Source: an uncultured delta proteobacterium (GTDB lineage Bacteria > Desulfobacterota > Syntrophobacteria > BM002). From it: a DNA stretch of 64,000 bases. The position numbers and the translations under genes are program-made. Numbering within the stretch: position 1 is the first letter of the stretch; the number at the start of each line of letters is the position of its first letter. The notes below the pieces were generated by a model. It did no database searches. It was not told the origin of the DNA and worked only from the letters and a program-made list of their open reading frames with translations. Where the stretch lies: contig CAVQGX010000019.1 of NCBI GenBank assembly GCA_963712115.1, positions 1-64,000 of the forward strand, given 5' to 3'. Positions 1 through 10,416 of the stretch are shown in pieces.

Positions 1-766
1 TCGAAAGTTGCCCCCCACCAAATGGTGATAATATTTTGGCTTTGACCCATGAGCCCGAAGTATCTTGAGTGTTTCTGTCATTTCCTTGTCGCTGGTCGTC
101 GCCCATGCCGCCATCACCAAAGCCTCCTAGGTTCTTGGAGGGAAAGAATCGAAAAACAGCCGAAATGTCCCATGGAGCCAGCCCCGCATCGCGCACCACT
201 TTTGTTAGAAGGGTACTCGGTTCCAATGGCCTGGGCTCCATCTTTTATCAGCACCAGATTATACTCGCTCGCTATTTCCATAATTCGGTCCATATCCACA
301 CATGGCCGTAAAGATGAACAGGAGATAGTCCTTTTCGTATTCTGGTGCCACTGGTTTTGTGTACAAGTGTACCTGCACTGGAATCAAAGTTACATTCGAC
401 CTCAATGAATGTTTTGATGGCATCAGGATCCATATTGTACGTCAGCGGGTCGATATGTACAAAAAAAGGCCTCGCCCCGACCCGAGCAACAGAACCTGCT
501 GTTGAAAAAAATGTGAAAGGCACAGTGATAACTCCATGCCCAGTTCCAATATTGTTTGCCATCAAGGCGATGAGCAAGCCATCTGTACCAGAAGACACCC
601 CTACCCCATATTGGCAGCCACAATAGGAAGCTACAGCTTCCTCCAGAGCCTCCACTTTAGGGCCGAGAATAAAATGCTGCGATTCGAGGACCTCTTCCAT
701 TGAGTCCTTGATTTCATCTTTGATGCTCTGATACTCAGCTTTCAGATCGAGTAGAGGGTCTTTCAT
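1..766 (-). CDS. DegT/DnrJ/EryC1/StrS PLP-dependent sugar aminotransferase; frameshifted at least twice, runs off window edge
   Basis: ORF 272..766 (FILGPKVEALE, VSSGTDGL, PVHLYG) continues in 114..299 (DMDRI, DGAQAIG, GCFS), then in another frame as FFPSKNLGGFGDGG...YYHHLVGGNFR. Confidence 0.85.
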
Positions 767-780
767 AGCCCTTTGCTTCC

Positions 781-978
781 CTACATTTCTCCTCTTTTCA
801 ACTTATCCCGTATTCTCTTGGCCTCATTAGGCATGGCTTTATAAAAAAATTCCATTTGGGCCTGAAGCCACTGAAGTTTTAGTTCCACAGATTTTCCCCT
901 ATAAATCTCAATATCCTCCCTGGTTTTATGGTACAGCAGGGGTCGCCCGTCGGCAGAATCTGGCTGGCTATCCTTCAT
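781..978 (-). CDS. Small hypothetical protein (65 aa) overlapping the nucleotidyltransferase gene
   Basis: ORF overlaps the end of the upstream gene and ends just before the aminotransferase start. Confidence 0.6.
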   Translation of the reverse strand: MKDSQPDSADGRPLLYHKTREDIEIYRGKSVELKLQWLQAQMEFFYKAMPNEAKRIRDKLKRGEM

Positions 979-1470
979 GCTGCCAATCCTCTAAGATCTT
1001 TTTCAAGTAGAATACGTCGGCCTTGTCTTGAGGTCTATCAGACTTCTCTTTCATCGCGATGAGGGCCTTTATTGGTACAAGCGGAATGATTGTGTTTTCA
1101 AACTCTATTTTTTTTCTTTCCTCGTATACTTCATCAAAATTAAAGGGTTCCTCAACAAAAATATCGAGGAGAAAAAAGGGATTTTTGGCATCATAAAGAC
1201 TGTAGACCACCATATCCTTATCTACAGTCCAGCTTTTTCTCTTTCTCCATCCATGAGATCATCGAGAGCCAGAGGAAGTCTTGGTTTCAAACCAAGCTTC
1301 TTGGCAACTGTGATAAATTTCGAAAGGTTTTTTTCGTCAACCTTTAAGACAATATCTATATCTGCTGTTGCCCTCTCAATTCCATAAAGATTCACGGCTA
1401 CACCACCGCCCACCAGGTACTTCACAGATTCCTCATTTAAAGCTGAAAATAGATTCTTGAACAGCTGCAT
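968..1470 (-). CDS. Minimal nucleotidyltransferase-family protein (DUF6036-like), single frameshift near 1235
   Basis: YLVGGGVAVNLYG..R.T.DIDI in 1222..1470; LIAMKEKSDRPQDKAD in 968..1213; adding one A restores EKRKSWTVDKDM. Confidence 0.75.
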
Positions 1471-1541
1471 CTATTTCATGTTTCATCGAGTTAGAGGGTT
1501 ATCGCATGGGCCAAACAGCAAGCAGTGATAGACGAGTGGAG

Positions 1542-2152
1542 CTAGCCGCTTACTGCTAACTTAGTATGGTCGCGGAGGTGCAAGATATATTCCGGTTTTA
1601 CACCAAGGTCAACAAGGCGATCAAAATGGCTTTGGATATCCTCGGTCTGGGTGAGCAAAACGTATTCGTAACCATCGTTGGCCAGCTGTTCATAGCTTCT
1701 TACCCTGTGCCCGAAGAAGTCCCGCCCGTCAGATTTTTCATCAAATACTCCGGCCAGTTTGATTGAGGTGTTCTGCAGGAACAGGTGGGCCAATTCTGCA
1801 ACTTCCCCGCACCCATACAGGGCTATTCTGCCCACACCCTCCTTTTCCAGTCTGCTGAATAAGGCAATCAGCATCTCCCTGATTTCCCGGTAGAAACCAA
1901 CGGAGTAGCGGATGTATTCATAAGTGAGACGGGACTTTTCCAGAGCGCCTTTGGGGGTGAGGAGATATTTCGCTCTCTTTTTTCGGAATAGTGGTAATTT
2001 TGAAGTAGCCTTTCTTCGCAAGCCTTTTGATAAAAGCATTTACCAGGCCTAGAGATATATTGAGATCGCGGGCCAATTCTCGCTGAGTCGGGGGGTTCAC
2101 TCGAATCGATAGCCTCTAGCAATTTAAGTGTTCTTAACTTGTCTTGATCCAT
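1542..2152 (-). CDS. EPS-associated MarR-like winged-helix regulator with C-terminal Rossmann-like domain; two frameshifts
   Basis: Three ORF pieces join: MDQDKLRTLKLLEAI / TQRELARDLNISLGLVNAFIKRLAKKG / YLLTPKGALEKSRLTYEY...IALYGCGEVAE; breaks fall at C6 and A6 runs. Confidence 0.8.
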
Positions 2153-2160
2153 TGCGTCAA

Positions 2161-2188
2161 CATAGCGCATAGCGCATAGCGCATAGCG
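2161..2188. repeat. Tandem heptamer (CATAGCG)x4
   Basis: Direct reading. Confidence 0.95.
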
Positions 2189-2378
2189 TTAAAGCAGGAG
2201 ATTTAAGATTTGATAGATGAGATAAAAGGAGAATTAGTTTGGCGTGTAAGTGCGTCCGAAATCTTAGTTACAGCAGATAGTCATTATGTCATCAGTTGCA
2301 GCTTTATAAAGCAAGATCCACTCTGCTGGCCGCCGGCTGTTCGCTGTTAGCCGAAGACTCCAGTCTCGCCCGTCTCGC

Positions 2379-2668
2379 TCCCGAGCAAAGCTCGGGCATA
2401 GCTTCGCCAACTCGGTTACAGCGAAAAAACCGACTGGTGAATTTGCTCGGTTTCTTGAGCCCACCAGTTTCTTTTAGTCGAAGAAAGCAGGGTGCACCCA
2501 GCAATATCGAATCAGTGCTCATCCGAAAACCGCCGTTTTCAGATGAGCGCGATCAGTCCCGCCGCGGCGGGACGCTCAGCCATCAGCAAAATACATGTAA
2601 TTACAATATAATAAACTGACTGCTGATTGCTGACAGCTCCATCCGGAAATCTCGGATTTCCGGATGGA
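2379..2668. repeat. Cluster of REP-like palindromes in the operon leader
   Basis: cccgagc-aaa-gctcggg (~2380); gctcatccgaaaac-cgcc-gttttcagatgagc (2517-2548); gtcccgccgcggcgggac (2556-2573); perfect 14-bp stem tccatccggaaatc-tcg-gatttccggatgga (2638-2668). Confidence 0.75.
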
Positions 2669-2737
2669 CACTAATTATTGGGGGATAATAAATTCGAAAA
2701 CTCCATGAGCCTTATCAACCTCGCGCCCAATAGCTAA

Positions 2738-2799
2738 TGCAAATCTCGGGCCTTTTGTTCAAATTTTGAACATTATAGAGGGCCATTTCCCCTTGTCAA
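2738..2799 (-). promoter_or_regulatory. Sigma-70 promoter, palindromic operator and sigma-54-like -24/-12 site
   Basis: Minus strand TTGACA (2799-2794)-N16-TATAAT (2777-2772); palindrome TGTTCAAA-T-TTTGAACA (2756-2772); AGGCCCGAGATTTGCA with GG-N10-GC (2753-2738). Confidence 0.75.
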
Positions 2800-3068
2800 G
2801 CAGTTTTTACAAAGATTTCAATAAACAACGTGGAGTTGTGGCGGGCAGGCAGATCCTGTTGAACAATCCAGAGCACTTGAAGGGTAAGGAACTTTAGCGG
2901 TAGAAAATCCGAAATAGTTTGATGAGTTGAACTAGTTAACACCTTTGGCCACGGGTGCAACAAACAAATCCTCTTTGAAGGGCAGGATAAATTTTATTGT
3001 CCGGATCTTATTTCTAAAATTAAGAAAGGGGGAGGCGAGGGAATTAAGGTTATATTAACTCCTCAGTC

Positions 3069-3357
3069 TTATTCACAGACAATGACCTCTTTGTTGGCTT
3101 CAAATGTTTTCAATCCGATGCCCCTTACTTTCATGATATCGGTCCGGTTTTTCGAAGGGGCCATTTTGTTCCCTGTAGTCAACAATGCGCTGGGCATAGG
3201 ATGGTCCTATACGTTTCAGGATGCAAAGCTCATCAACCGTGGCTTTGTTAATATTGATTTTCACCTGTTCTTGAGCCATTACAGCTCCGATTCCCGTCCC
3301 CAGCAAAAAAGCAACCAACACAAAGCCAGTCAGAATCCTTTTTGATCGCTTTCTCAT
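3069..3357 (-). CDS. comEA: ComEA-family helix-hairpin-helix DNA-binding protein with signal peptide; one frameshift near 3142
   Basis: KININKATVDEL..LKRIGPSYAQRIVDYREQNGPFEKP; removing one base gives DDIMKVRGIGLKTFEANK; RBS AAGGAG. Confidence 0.85.
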
Positions 3358-3942
3358 TTTGCTCTCCTTCTTTCTTTGGTGCCCCTCGCCCCCATTTATC
3401 AGGCTGCAGCTCGCAGTGTGCAGCTGACAGCTAAAACTACGCACTAGCACGTTCTAATTTGACATTTTTCATTTCGCACCTCTCATTGCGACTTGGTTGG
3501 GCAGCATATTCTGGCCAAATGACCAGCAAGGGCAATGCTAATTGAGAAATGACTCGCCCGCTGTCAGCTGTCTGCTGCCAGCTGAGATGAAGGTGTAACC
3601 CGCAGCAGAATTAGTAATGATCAGGTCTTTTTAGATACGGGTCAGGATATTAGATTAACAGTGCCCCCATTATCATGAGGCTGCGCCTAATGGGTAGTTT
3701 GCTCAGCATGGTTTTAGCTGAGCAGAACTCACTTAAGCTAACGAAATCGATCTGCACCTGTCAAGGGAAAAATCCTCTTTCCCGCAAATCAATTCCCAGA
3801 AAAATTCCACCTGAAAATTTTCGGGGAAGAGTCTGTCTCGGGTGGAATGGTGCAAACATGGAGCTTATTGCAGGCATATTTGTTGCTAACTAAAGAAAAA
3901 ACCTGCAATATAAGGAAATGTCTGCCCAAAAGGCTATCTACT

Positions 3943-4686
3943 ATGCAGCAGGAAGACCAAAAACATGAAGCCGAATTCTGGCGGAATGAATATCTAGAGA
4001 CTTGGCCCAAACTCCCTCTTGGGCTACGGCGGCACCTGGCTCGCATCGCCCCGCGACAAGCATTTCAAATTATCTTAGCAGATGGCAGTGACGAGGTCCT
4101 TGAAGCTTTTCTGGAAAACTCCGAGATCACTCAGGCGGAAGTTCTCATTCTGATTGACCGGGCAAGAACGCAATACCTCCTGGAAAATTTGAGCCGCACT
4201 CCCAAATGGTATGCCAACCACACTATCAAGCGGAGGTTACTGACTAACCCTCATACACCCTACAGTGTCGCTTGCAGAATCCTCGATTATCTGCCTTTCG
4301 TTGAACTGAAACGGGTGGTGAACAACATAAACCTTCCTCGGGAAGTCCGAAACAAAGCACGGGAGTCATATCGCAAATCCTTTCAGCGCCTTTCTGACGG
4401 TGAAACAAAAACCATTTTTCTCAGTACTGAAGGCCGGGTGCTCAAAGAACTTACAATTCTCACTGAAAAGGACAAGCGCGTTCTTCTCCAACTTATCCAG
4501 CAGCCCCAAGTGCCTCGCCACCTGATTTTGAACCTAGCCCGCTCGACACTCACCCCGCCTGAGGTTATTCAAATGATTGCCCGCAGACAAGCTTGGATGC
4601 TGGACACAAGCATCCGCAGAGCACTTTTGGCCAACGGCAAGACCCCCCAAAAAGTAAAGATCTTTATCAAAGAGAAATATTCTTAG
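3943..4686 (+). CDS. Hypothetical alpha-helical repeat protein (LRV/HEAT-like NPxTP motifs)
   Basis: Long ORF 3847..4686, start uncertain (ATG 3943 used); LLTNPHTP and LLANGKTP repeats. Confidence 0.6.
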   Translation: MQQEDQKHEAEFWRNEYLETWPKLPLGLRRHLARIAPRQAFQIILADGSDEVLEAFLENSEITQAEVLILIDRARTQYLLENLSRTPKWYANHTIKRRLLTNPHTPYSVACRILDYLPFVELKRVVNNINLPREVRNKARESYRKSFQRLSDGETKTIFLSTEGRVLKELTILTEKDKRVLLQLIQQPQVPRHLILNLARSTLTPPEVIQMIARRQAWMLDTSIRRALLANGKTPQKVKIFIKEKYS

Positions 4687-4880
4687 GTTACGGGCTAAAC
4701 CTGATAACAGACCCGCCTTTTGACTTGGTGGAAGGTATTGCTCATGGTATTATTTAAAAAACCCTAATGCTGCAGACCCATTCCAAGGAAAAACGCACAA
4801 GAGTTCGTCATTAGAGTTTCTATCCGGTATCTAACTCACAAATACAAATATCGATTGTCTCGTGAACAAAAGGGGGATCT

Positions 4881-5678
4881 ATGACTAAGCAGGAAAATGG
4901 TGAGGCCCATGAGTTTCTGGAATTTGCTGAAAATCTGGCAAAGCAGACTGGAAAACTCGCCCTCAAGTATTATGGCCGCGGTGATCCGCAGCTAAAGTTC
5001 GACGAATCACTTGTTACTGAAGCTGAATTGGCCATCCGGGAGTTCATTCGTACTAGCGTTACTGAGCGCTATCCGGAACATCACCTCATGGGTGAGGGCG
5101 ACGATCAGACCGCTTACCGCCATGGCGAGCGCGGTTTCCAATGGATAGCTGATCCGATGGATGGCTCGGCAAATTTCCAGGCGGGCATCCCCATCTGGGG
5201 GGTTTCCCTCGCTCTGTTCAAAAACTTCTGGCCCATTCTCGGGGTGTTTTACATGCCGGTCACTGGTGACCTTTATAAAGCTCTAGCCGGGCGAAAACTC
5301 ATGGCAAATGAGAAAACTATCACCCTCGAACCCGAAGTAGTAGCCAATAACGAGTCAGTGCTGCTGACCTACTCCCGCTTTCACAGTGAGTTTCGCTCCA
5401 CCTTTCCGGGAAAGATCAGGAATCTGGGGTGCACCGCAGCTCACCTTGGCTATGTTGCCTCAAGCCGAGCCGAAGCGGCCTTGTTGAAATACGTCCATAT
5501 CTGGGACATAGCTGCCGGGTTGATTTTGTTGGAAGCTGCCGGCGGCGAAATACGTTATTTGGACGGCGGCAAATTCCATTTGAACGACTACTTGGACAGT
5601 CAGAAAATAGACCAGCCCCTCCTTGCTGCCCCGGCAGGCGAACATTCTATGATCAGCCAGTACTTGCAGCCATTGTAA
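4881..5678 (+). CDS. Inositol monophosphatase family protein (SuhB-like)
   Basis: WIADPMDGSANF and WDIAAG motifs; RBS GGGGG. Confidence 0.9.
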   Translation: MTKQENGEAHEFLEFAENLAKQTGKLALKYYGRGDPQLKFDESLVTEAELAIREFIRTSVTERYPEHHLMGEGDDQTAYRHGERGFQWIADPMDGSANFQAGIPIWGVSLALFKNFWPILGVFYMPVTGDLYKALAGRKLMANEKTITLEPEVVANNESVLLTYSRFHSEFRSTFPGKIRNLGCTAAHLGYVASSRAEAALLKYVHIWDIAAGLILLEAAGGEIRYLDGGKFHLNDYLDSQKIDQPLLAAPAGEHSMISQYLQPL

Positions 5679-5751
5679 GTTAGTAAACAGTGAACGGTAA
5701 ACGGTAAATGGTGAAAAAGGCTTATTAAGCTCTATTAAAGCCGTTTACCAG

Positions 5752-6210
5752 TTACTCGTGATCAGTTGGGACTATACGACTCTTTAACCTCCACCCGTCC
5801 ATGTATTGGACAAAAAACAGAGTCTCTAGATAATGCCCCTCAGTCATCTGCACTGCCACGCAATCATCCAGTAGAAAAACCTTTTCAATGCGCCACTCCC
5901 CCTGGCTGTGCGGTTCAGTGGTAACGAGAGCGGCTGGATCCTTTTTAGCCAAATAAGTGAAGAGGGCTTGGTGGGCAGGTGATAGATGCGCATCGTCTGG
6001 CGGATGGCTGGAGGCCACTAGGGGAAGGACAACCGAAACAGAACTGGGATCCACCACAGTATCTCGAAAACGGATCTCCACGGTCTTTTCCTCGGAGGTC
6101 TGGGTGGTGCAGGAGACTGAAAGACAAATGGTCAGCAGACCGATAAGCCTTTTCACCACTAGACAAAGGCTTTTTGAACTCCTATGACAACATTCAATGT
6201 CTACTTGCAT
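5752..6210 (-). CDS. Hypothetical lipoprotein
   Basis: KRLIGLLTICLSVSC lipobox-like signal; true start may be an internal GTG. Confidence 0.55.
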   Translation of the reverse strand: MQVDIECCHRSSKSLCLVVKRLIGLLTICLSVSCTTQTSEEKTVEIRFRDTVVDPSSVSVVLPLVASSHPPDDAHLSPAHQALFTYLAKKDPAALVTTEPHSQGEWRIEKVFLLDDCVAVQMTEGHYLETLFFVQYMDGWRLKSRIVPTDHE

Positions 6211-6345
6211 GGCCCTTAATCAAGCTTGAAAGTCGAGCTTCCTTTTCTGCCCAATTTCCTTCAGAGATCATGCCTGTATCGAAGCATCTCCAGTTTGACT
6301 TTCATTGCTATAAGTTCTCCAAATAGCTCGTATGAGACATCCGGG

Positions 6346-6546
6346 CTAGGCCGCAACCTTACCGAGCAGCTCCAGCCCGGCCCGCACGTAAGCTTTCGCT
6401 CTGGTAGAACCCTTGATGGTCACTTTTTCACCATCCGACTTCTGCAATATCAACTGATATTCCCCATTAGCTTCTTTACTTTCTCCCACAAATTGCCAAC
6501 CGGCCTGCTTCAGACGTTTTTTTCGGATACGAAAACCGCCCCGCAT
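6346..6546 (-). CDS. Small basic hypothetical protein (66 aa)
   Basis: RBS AGAGGA before ATG, 14 nt after the upstream stop. Confidence 0.6.
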   Translation of the reverse strand: MRGGFRIRKKRLKQAGWQFVGESKEANGEYQLILQKSDGEKVTIKGSTRAKAYVRAGLELLGKVAA

Positions 6547-6560
6547 ATGATCCTCCTTTT

Positions 6561-7689
6561 TTACTCGCCCTTAAGAATACCAAGGGGTACCAGAAGACGC
6601 TTTTCTATCTCTCTTTCAACCCATTCCATCTCATTCTTTGCCTTACCTTTCTGGAAGATATCGCTAAGTGATTCAGCATAGCCTTTGGCAGTCTTGTAAC
6701 CAGTGGCAATGGCCTGCTCTATTACCTGCCAGTTGCGGGTCCTGGTGAAGTCTTTGAAAGCCTCAAAAAGCTCTGGGAAAAGTTCTTTTCTTAGCCCGTC
6801 CAGGAAAGCCACATATAATCCTAGGGATGCTGCCTTCTCTTTGTCTGCTATGTGCCGAAGGGTCCCGTATTCGTTTGTGTCAGCAAGAAGATCTTTTACG
6901 CTGCGGGTGAGAAGTTCTATGGGCGTGTGTGGAAAAGTGGCAATAATTTCCTCTCCAGATGGTAGGCTCGAAAGCAGTGTCCCTGAGCTCACCCAGTTCA
7001 TGGTATAGGTAGATTTCCGTTTCAGCCGCTGAGATTCTTGCCAGGTTACGGTTCACGGTTTCAGAATCTCGCCTTTTCAGCCCGTAGTTCTCCAGGCCGA
7101 ATTGTAGGGCCTCCTGCCCTGACTTTTTGGTGAAGAGAATTAGGTCCCAGAGAAAAAGCATGGCAGACTCTTGGCGCACAACGATACAATTGTCTTGAGA
7201 TAAGGCCGGCATGGTCAAGAGATCGCGAGCCAGTTCGCGACCCAAGGTGTAAACGGTGTACCCGTCGACTTGCCTTTGGTCCTCGAGAACCCCTAGAAAG
7301 AATGAGGGTTTTAAACTATGGACATACCCGGCTCCGTAAAAGAAACCATGGGGGTTCAACACCCCATTTATCCCGTTCCTATCGAAAGGGTCGTACCTGC
7401 TCCCATCAATCATTATTTCATTAAAGTCTAGGTCTAAGAGTTCACCCCATTGCTCTTCTTTGGAGGCAATCCACTCCAGGATCTCGGAGGATTCTCTTTC
7501 AACCCATGGATCCAACCCCTTTTCCCACTTGTACAGATCCCGAAGCCGTAAGGCCAGGCCGCAGACTGAATAAAGGCCAGCATGACGAGAGTCGGAGATG
7601 CTGCAGTTCCGCTGTACTTGACTGACTATGGCATCTAGGTCAAACACCTGATAAAATTTCCCTCCAGTTCGATTCACTTCGTTTGGCAA
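6561..7689 (-). CDS. Sfum_1244-family (DUF6866-like) conserved protein, frameshift near 6950
   Basis: VQRNCSISD...SVCGLALRLRDLYKWE, YLYHELGE; removing one G gives IWREIIATFPH and joins the two ORFs; family name from recall. Confidence 0.7.
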
Positions 7690-7779
7690 GATCTAGTTGA
7701 CAATCAGCATAGTCGTTTAGCGATCTCCGGTCAACGATATGGGATTCGTAAAATGCACGAGTGCACTTTTTTTAGTAAC

Positions 7780-7816
7780 AAAAAAAGGGAATCTACCGAT
7801 CGAGTAGTTCCCTTTT
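7780..7816 (-). terminator. Intrinsic terminator after tRNA
   Basis: Minus strand AAAAGGGAACTAC-TCGATCG-GTAGATTCCCTTTTTTT. Confidence 0.8.
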
Positions 7817-7822
7817 ATAAAT

Positions 7823-7897
7823 TGGAGCCGGCGGTGGGATTCGAACCCGCGACCTGCTGATTACGAATCAGCTGCTCTACCCCTGAGCTACGCCGGC
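7823..7897 (-). tRNA. tRNA-Thr(CGT)
   Basis: GCCGGCG acceptor, anticodon arm GCTGA-TTCGTAA-TCAGC, GGTTCGAATCC T-arm, encoded CCA; 75 nt. Confidence 0.97.
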
Positions 7898-7955
7898 TTA
7901 AATTGCGAATTGCCTTATAGCACGGGCATTTATGCCCGGTCAAGTGCTGGGAAGG

Positions 7956-10232
7956 TCACTTCCTCTTCATGGTGAAGACGCCGTCCCAGCCCTGTCCCGG
8001 TGGTTCCTCTCGCAAATTGGCGATGCGCTGCAAATAGAGTTGGGCTGCCACATCTTCCGGTATCTTGCTCAGAACCTCATTAAATTTCCCTTCTGCCCTA
8101 TCCCACTCTTGTTGACGATAATGTCGCAGAGCTTGGGCGAAAGGCTCAATAATATCAATCTTAGGGTCCTCATCGCTTCGCAAGGCCACGAGTTCAAAAA
8201 TTTTAACCGGTCGCACCTTGCCTTTTACCCGCACAGCGTCTAGTTCCCTGCAAAAGAAGTCATCTTGTACTCTTTCATGGGTGAATTCGCTGATCACCAC
8301 CCGGGTGCCGTACTCCTTGTTAATGCCCTCCAGTCTGGAAGCCAGGTTCACCGAATCCCCCATAACCGTGTAGTCGAAACGCCGCTCTGACCCCATATTA
8401 CCCACCACCATAGGGCCGGTGTTGATCCCGATGCCTATATCAAGTCTGGGTGTGCCCTCAGCTTCCCATTTCTCTTGCATCTTCCTGAGTCGTTCCAGCA
8501 TCTTCAGGGCTGTGCGGCAGGCCTTCATGGGATGGTCGGCCTGCTCCAAGGGTGCACCAAATACAGCCATGACCGCGTCACCTATGTATTTGTCCAGTAA
8601 ACCATCAAATTCAAAGACAACGTTGGTCATGTCCGTTAGATATTCGTTGAGAAGATTCACCAGTGTTTCAGGTTCCATCTCTTCAGCTAGGGTGGTGAAC
8701 CCCCGGATATCGGAAAAAAGCACTGACAGCTCTTTTTTGTCCCCTCCGAGCTTCAGTTTTTCGGGATTCTTCAACATCTCGTTTACCACAGAAGGATTTA
8801 CATAGAAACTGAAGGCCCCGCGGATCTTTCTCTTTTCTCGCTCCTCAATGATGTAACGGTAAAGGGTCACGGCAGTGTAGACGATCACCATTGTGAGTAG
8901 TGGATATACTGCGTTCAACCAGATGCCTTGGCGAACGAAAATAGCCTGGCTCATCACTAGATAACCAATGAAGAGCACTCCAATGAGTAAAACACTGAAG
9001 AAGGCCCGCAATCGAGGCAGCACCAAACCCGTAACCATCCCCATTAAGAGAATGGCGGCCAAATCGAAAAGTGCAGCCCAGCCTGGTCTAAACAGAAAGG
9101 TCTGTCTGAGGATATTGTCTGCCACATTGGCATGCACTTCTAGACCCGGAAAGACAGTGCTGAAAGGCGTCACCCTTAGATCGTAAACTCCAATTGCCGT
9201 ACTGCCTACAAAAACTATTCTATCCCTGAAAGCATCGGCTGGGGTTCGCCCGGCCATGATGTCCGCCACCGAGTAGTGGGGAAAAGTGTGCGGGCCCCCG
9301 CGAAAGTTGATGAACATTCGACCCATCTCATCAGTCGGTATGGCCACCGGGCCGAGCTGGATAGTCTCGATTCCGTGATCCGCCACCCGGACCTGCAACG
9401 GAATGTTGCCTACATAAGAACGGACAGCTTCTAAAGACAAAGACGGATAAAAGCGGTCCTGGTAGCGAATGACCATGGGAATCCAGCGAACCGTGCCGTC
9501 AATATCAGGGAAAATATTATAGTAGCCGGCTATTCGGCTGGCCTTGACCAATTTGTCTATGTTGGATTCAGGCAACAGGGCTTCAAAAACTTTTACCTTC
9601 TGAGCCTCGGGGCTGATAAACTGAACTAGTTTGACAGCGCTTGCCCCTAGATTGCTCCTTTTGCGGGCCAGCTCAGCCTCGCTCAAATGGGCTATTTCCT
9701 TCTGGGAAAAATGGAAGAAATAGCCGAGTACTACCGTCGCCTTCGAACGACTGATGGCAGCGGCCAAGATCTGGTCATTATCAGCTTCTGCCCGCGCTTT
9801 CTCCAGGAACTTTTCCAGTTCTGGCGATTTCAAACCAAGGGTGGTCGTCTCTTTCTGCATTGACTCGACAAACCTGAGGTTATTGTTCTCATCCGGCTCA
9901 GCGAAAACGATATCCATAGCGATTACCCTGGCGCCCTCCTCCGAAAGGCGGTCAACCAGGGCTCCAATCTTGGCCCTTGGCCAGGGCCACTTTCCTATTT
10001 CATCCAAGCTTTTTTCATCAATGGTTGCCAGCACTGCAAAGGGCCCCGGAGGTTCTGGCCCGCGGGTGAGAAAGCGCACATCCAGAGATTTCAACTCTAT
10101 CCGGTCGAGAAAAAGATTACCCGTTAGATAAAAAAGAAGCATTAGCCCAGTCAGAAACAGGATGAGTGCAAGTACATAGTGTCTTTTCATGGTATTACCT
10201 ACAAAGAATCCAGTAGCCAGTAGGAGTGGCAT
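7956..10232 (-). CDS. CHASE2-domain membrane class III adenylate cyclase
   Basis: IDEKSL..GKWPWPR CHASE2, three TM helices, FSDIRGFT, DKYIGD (K) and DYTVMGDSVNLASRLEG (D) indicate ATP specificity. Confidence 0.93.
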   Translation of the reverse strand: MPLLLATGFFVGNTMKRHYVLALILFLTGLMLLFYLTGNLFLDRIELKSLDVRFLTRGPEPPGPFAVLATIDEKSLDEIGKWPWPRAKIGALVDRLSEEGARVIAMDIVFAEPDENNNLRFVESMQKETTTLGLKSPELEKFLEKARAEADNDQILAAAISRSKATVVLGYFFHFSQKEIAHLSEAELARKRSNLGASAVKLVQFISPEAQKVKVFEALLPESNIDKLVKASRIAGYYNIFPDIDGTVRWIPMVIRYQDRFYPSLSLEAVRSYVGNIPLQVRVADHGIETIQLGPVAIPTDEMGRMFINFRGGPHTFPHYSVADIMAGRTPADAFRDRIVFVGSTAIGVYDLRVTPFSTVFPGLEVHANVADNILRQTFLFRPGWAALFDLAAILLMGMVTGLVLPRLRAFFSVLLIGVLFIGYLVMSQAIFVRQGIWLNAVYPLLTMVIVYTAVTLYRYIIEEREKRKIRGAFSFYVNPSVVNEMLKNPEKLKLGGDKKELSVLFSDIRGFTTLAEEMEPETLVNLLNEYLTDMTNVVFEFDGLLDKYIGDAVMAVFGAPLEQADHPMKACRTALKMLERLRKMQEKWEAEGTPRLDIGIGINTGPMVVGNMGSERRFDYTVMGDSVNLASRLEGINKEYGTRVVISEFTHERVQDDFFCRELDAVRVKGKVRPVKIFELVALRSDEDPKIDIIEPFAQALRHYRQQEWDRAEGKFNEVLSKIPEDVAAQLYLQRIANLREEPPGQGWDGVFTMKRK

Positions 10233-10416
10233 AGGGCATAGAGTAATCGAATTTTTTTATATACTCCATGCTCCGTGCTCTATGCTACTCCATTCTGACT
10301 TCTGGCTCCTTACTCTATGCTCTGTGCTCCATGCTCCATGCCTTCCCAAATCTGCAATCCGAAACCGGGAACCCGCCCGAAGGGTGGGAGTCCGAAGGAC
10401 AAATCCGAGATTTGTG

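Noticed and set aside
7823-7897. tRNA-Thr as integration site of a genomic island
   Set aside because: No integrase and no duplicated tRNA 3' end seen in the window
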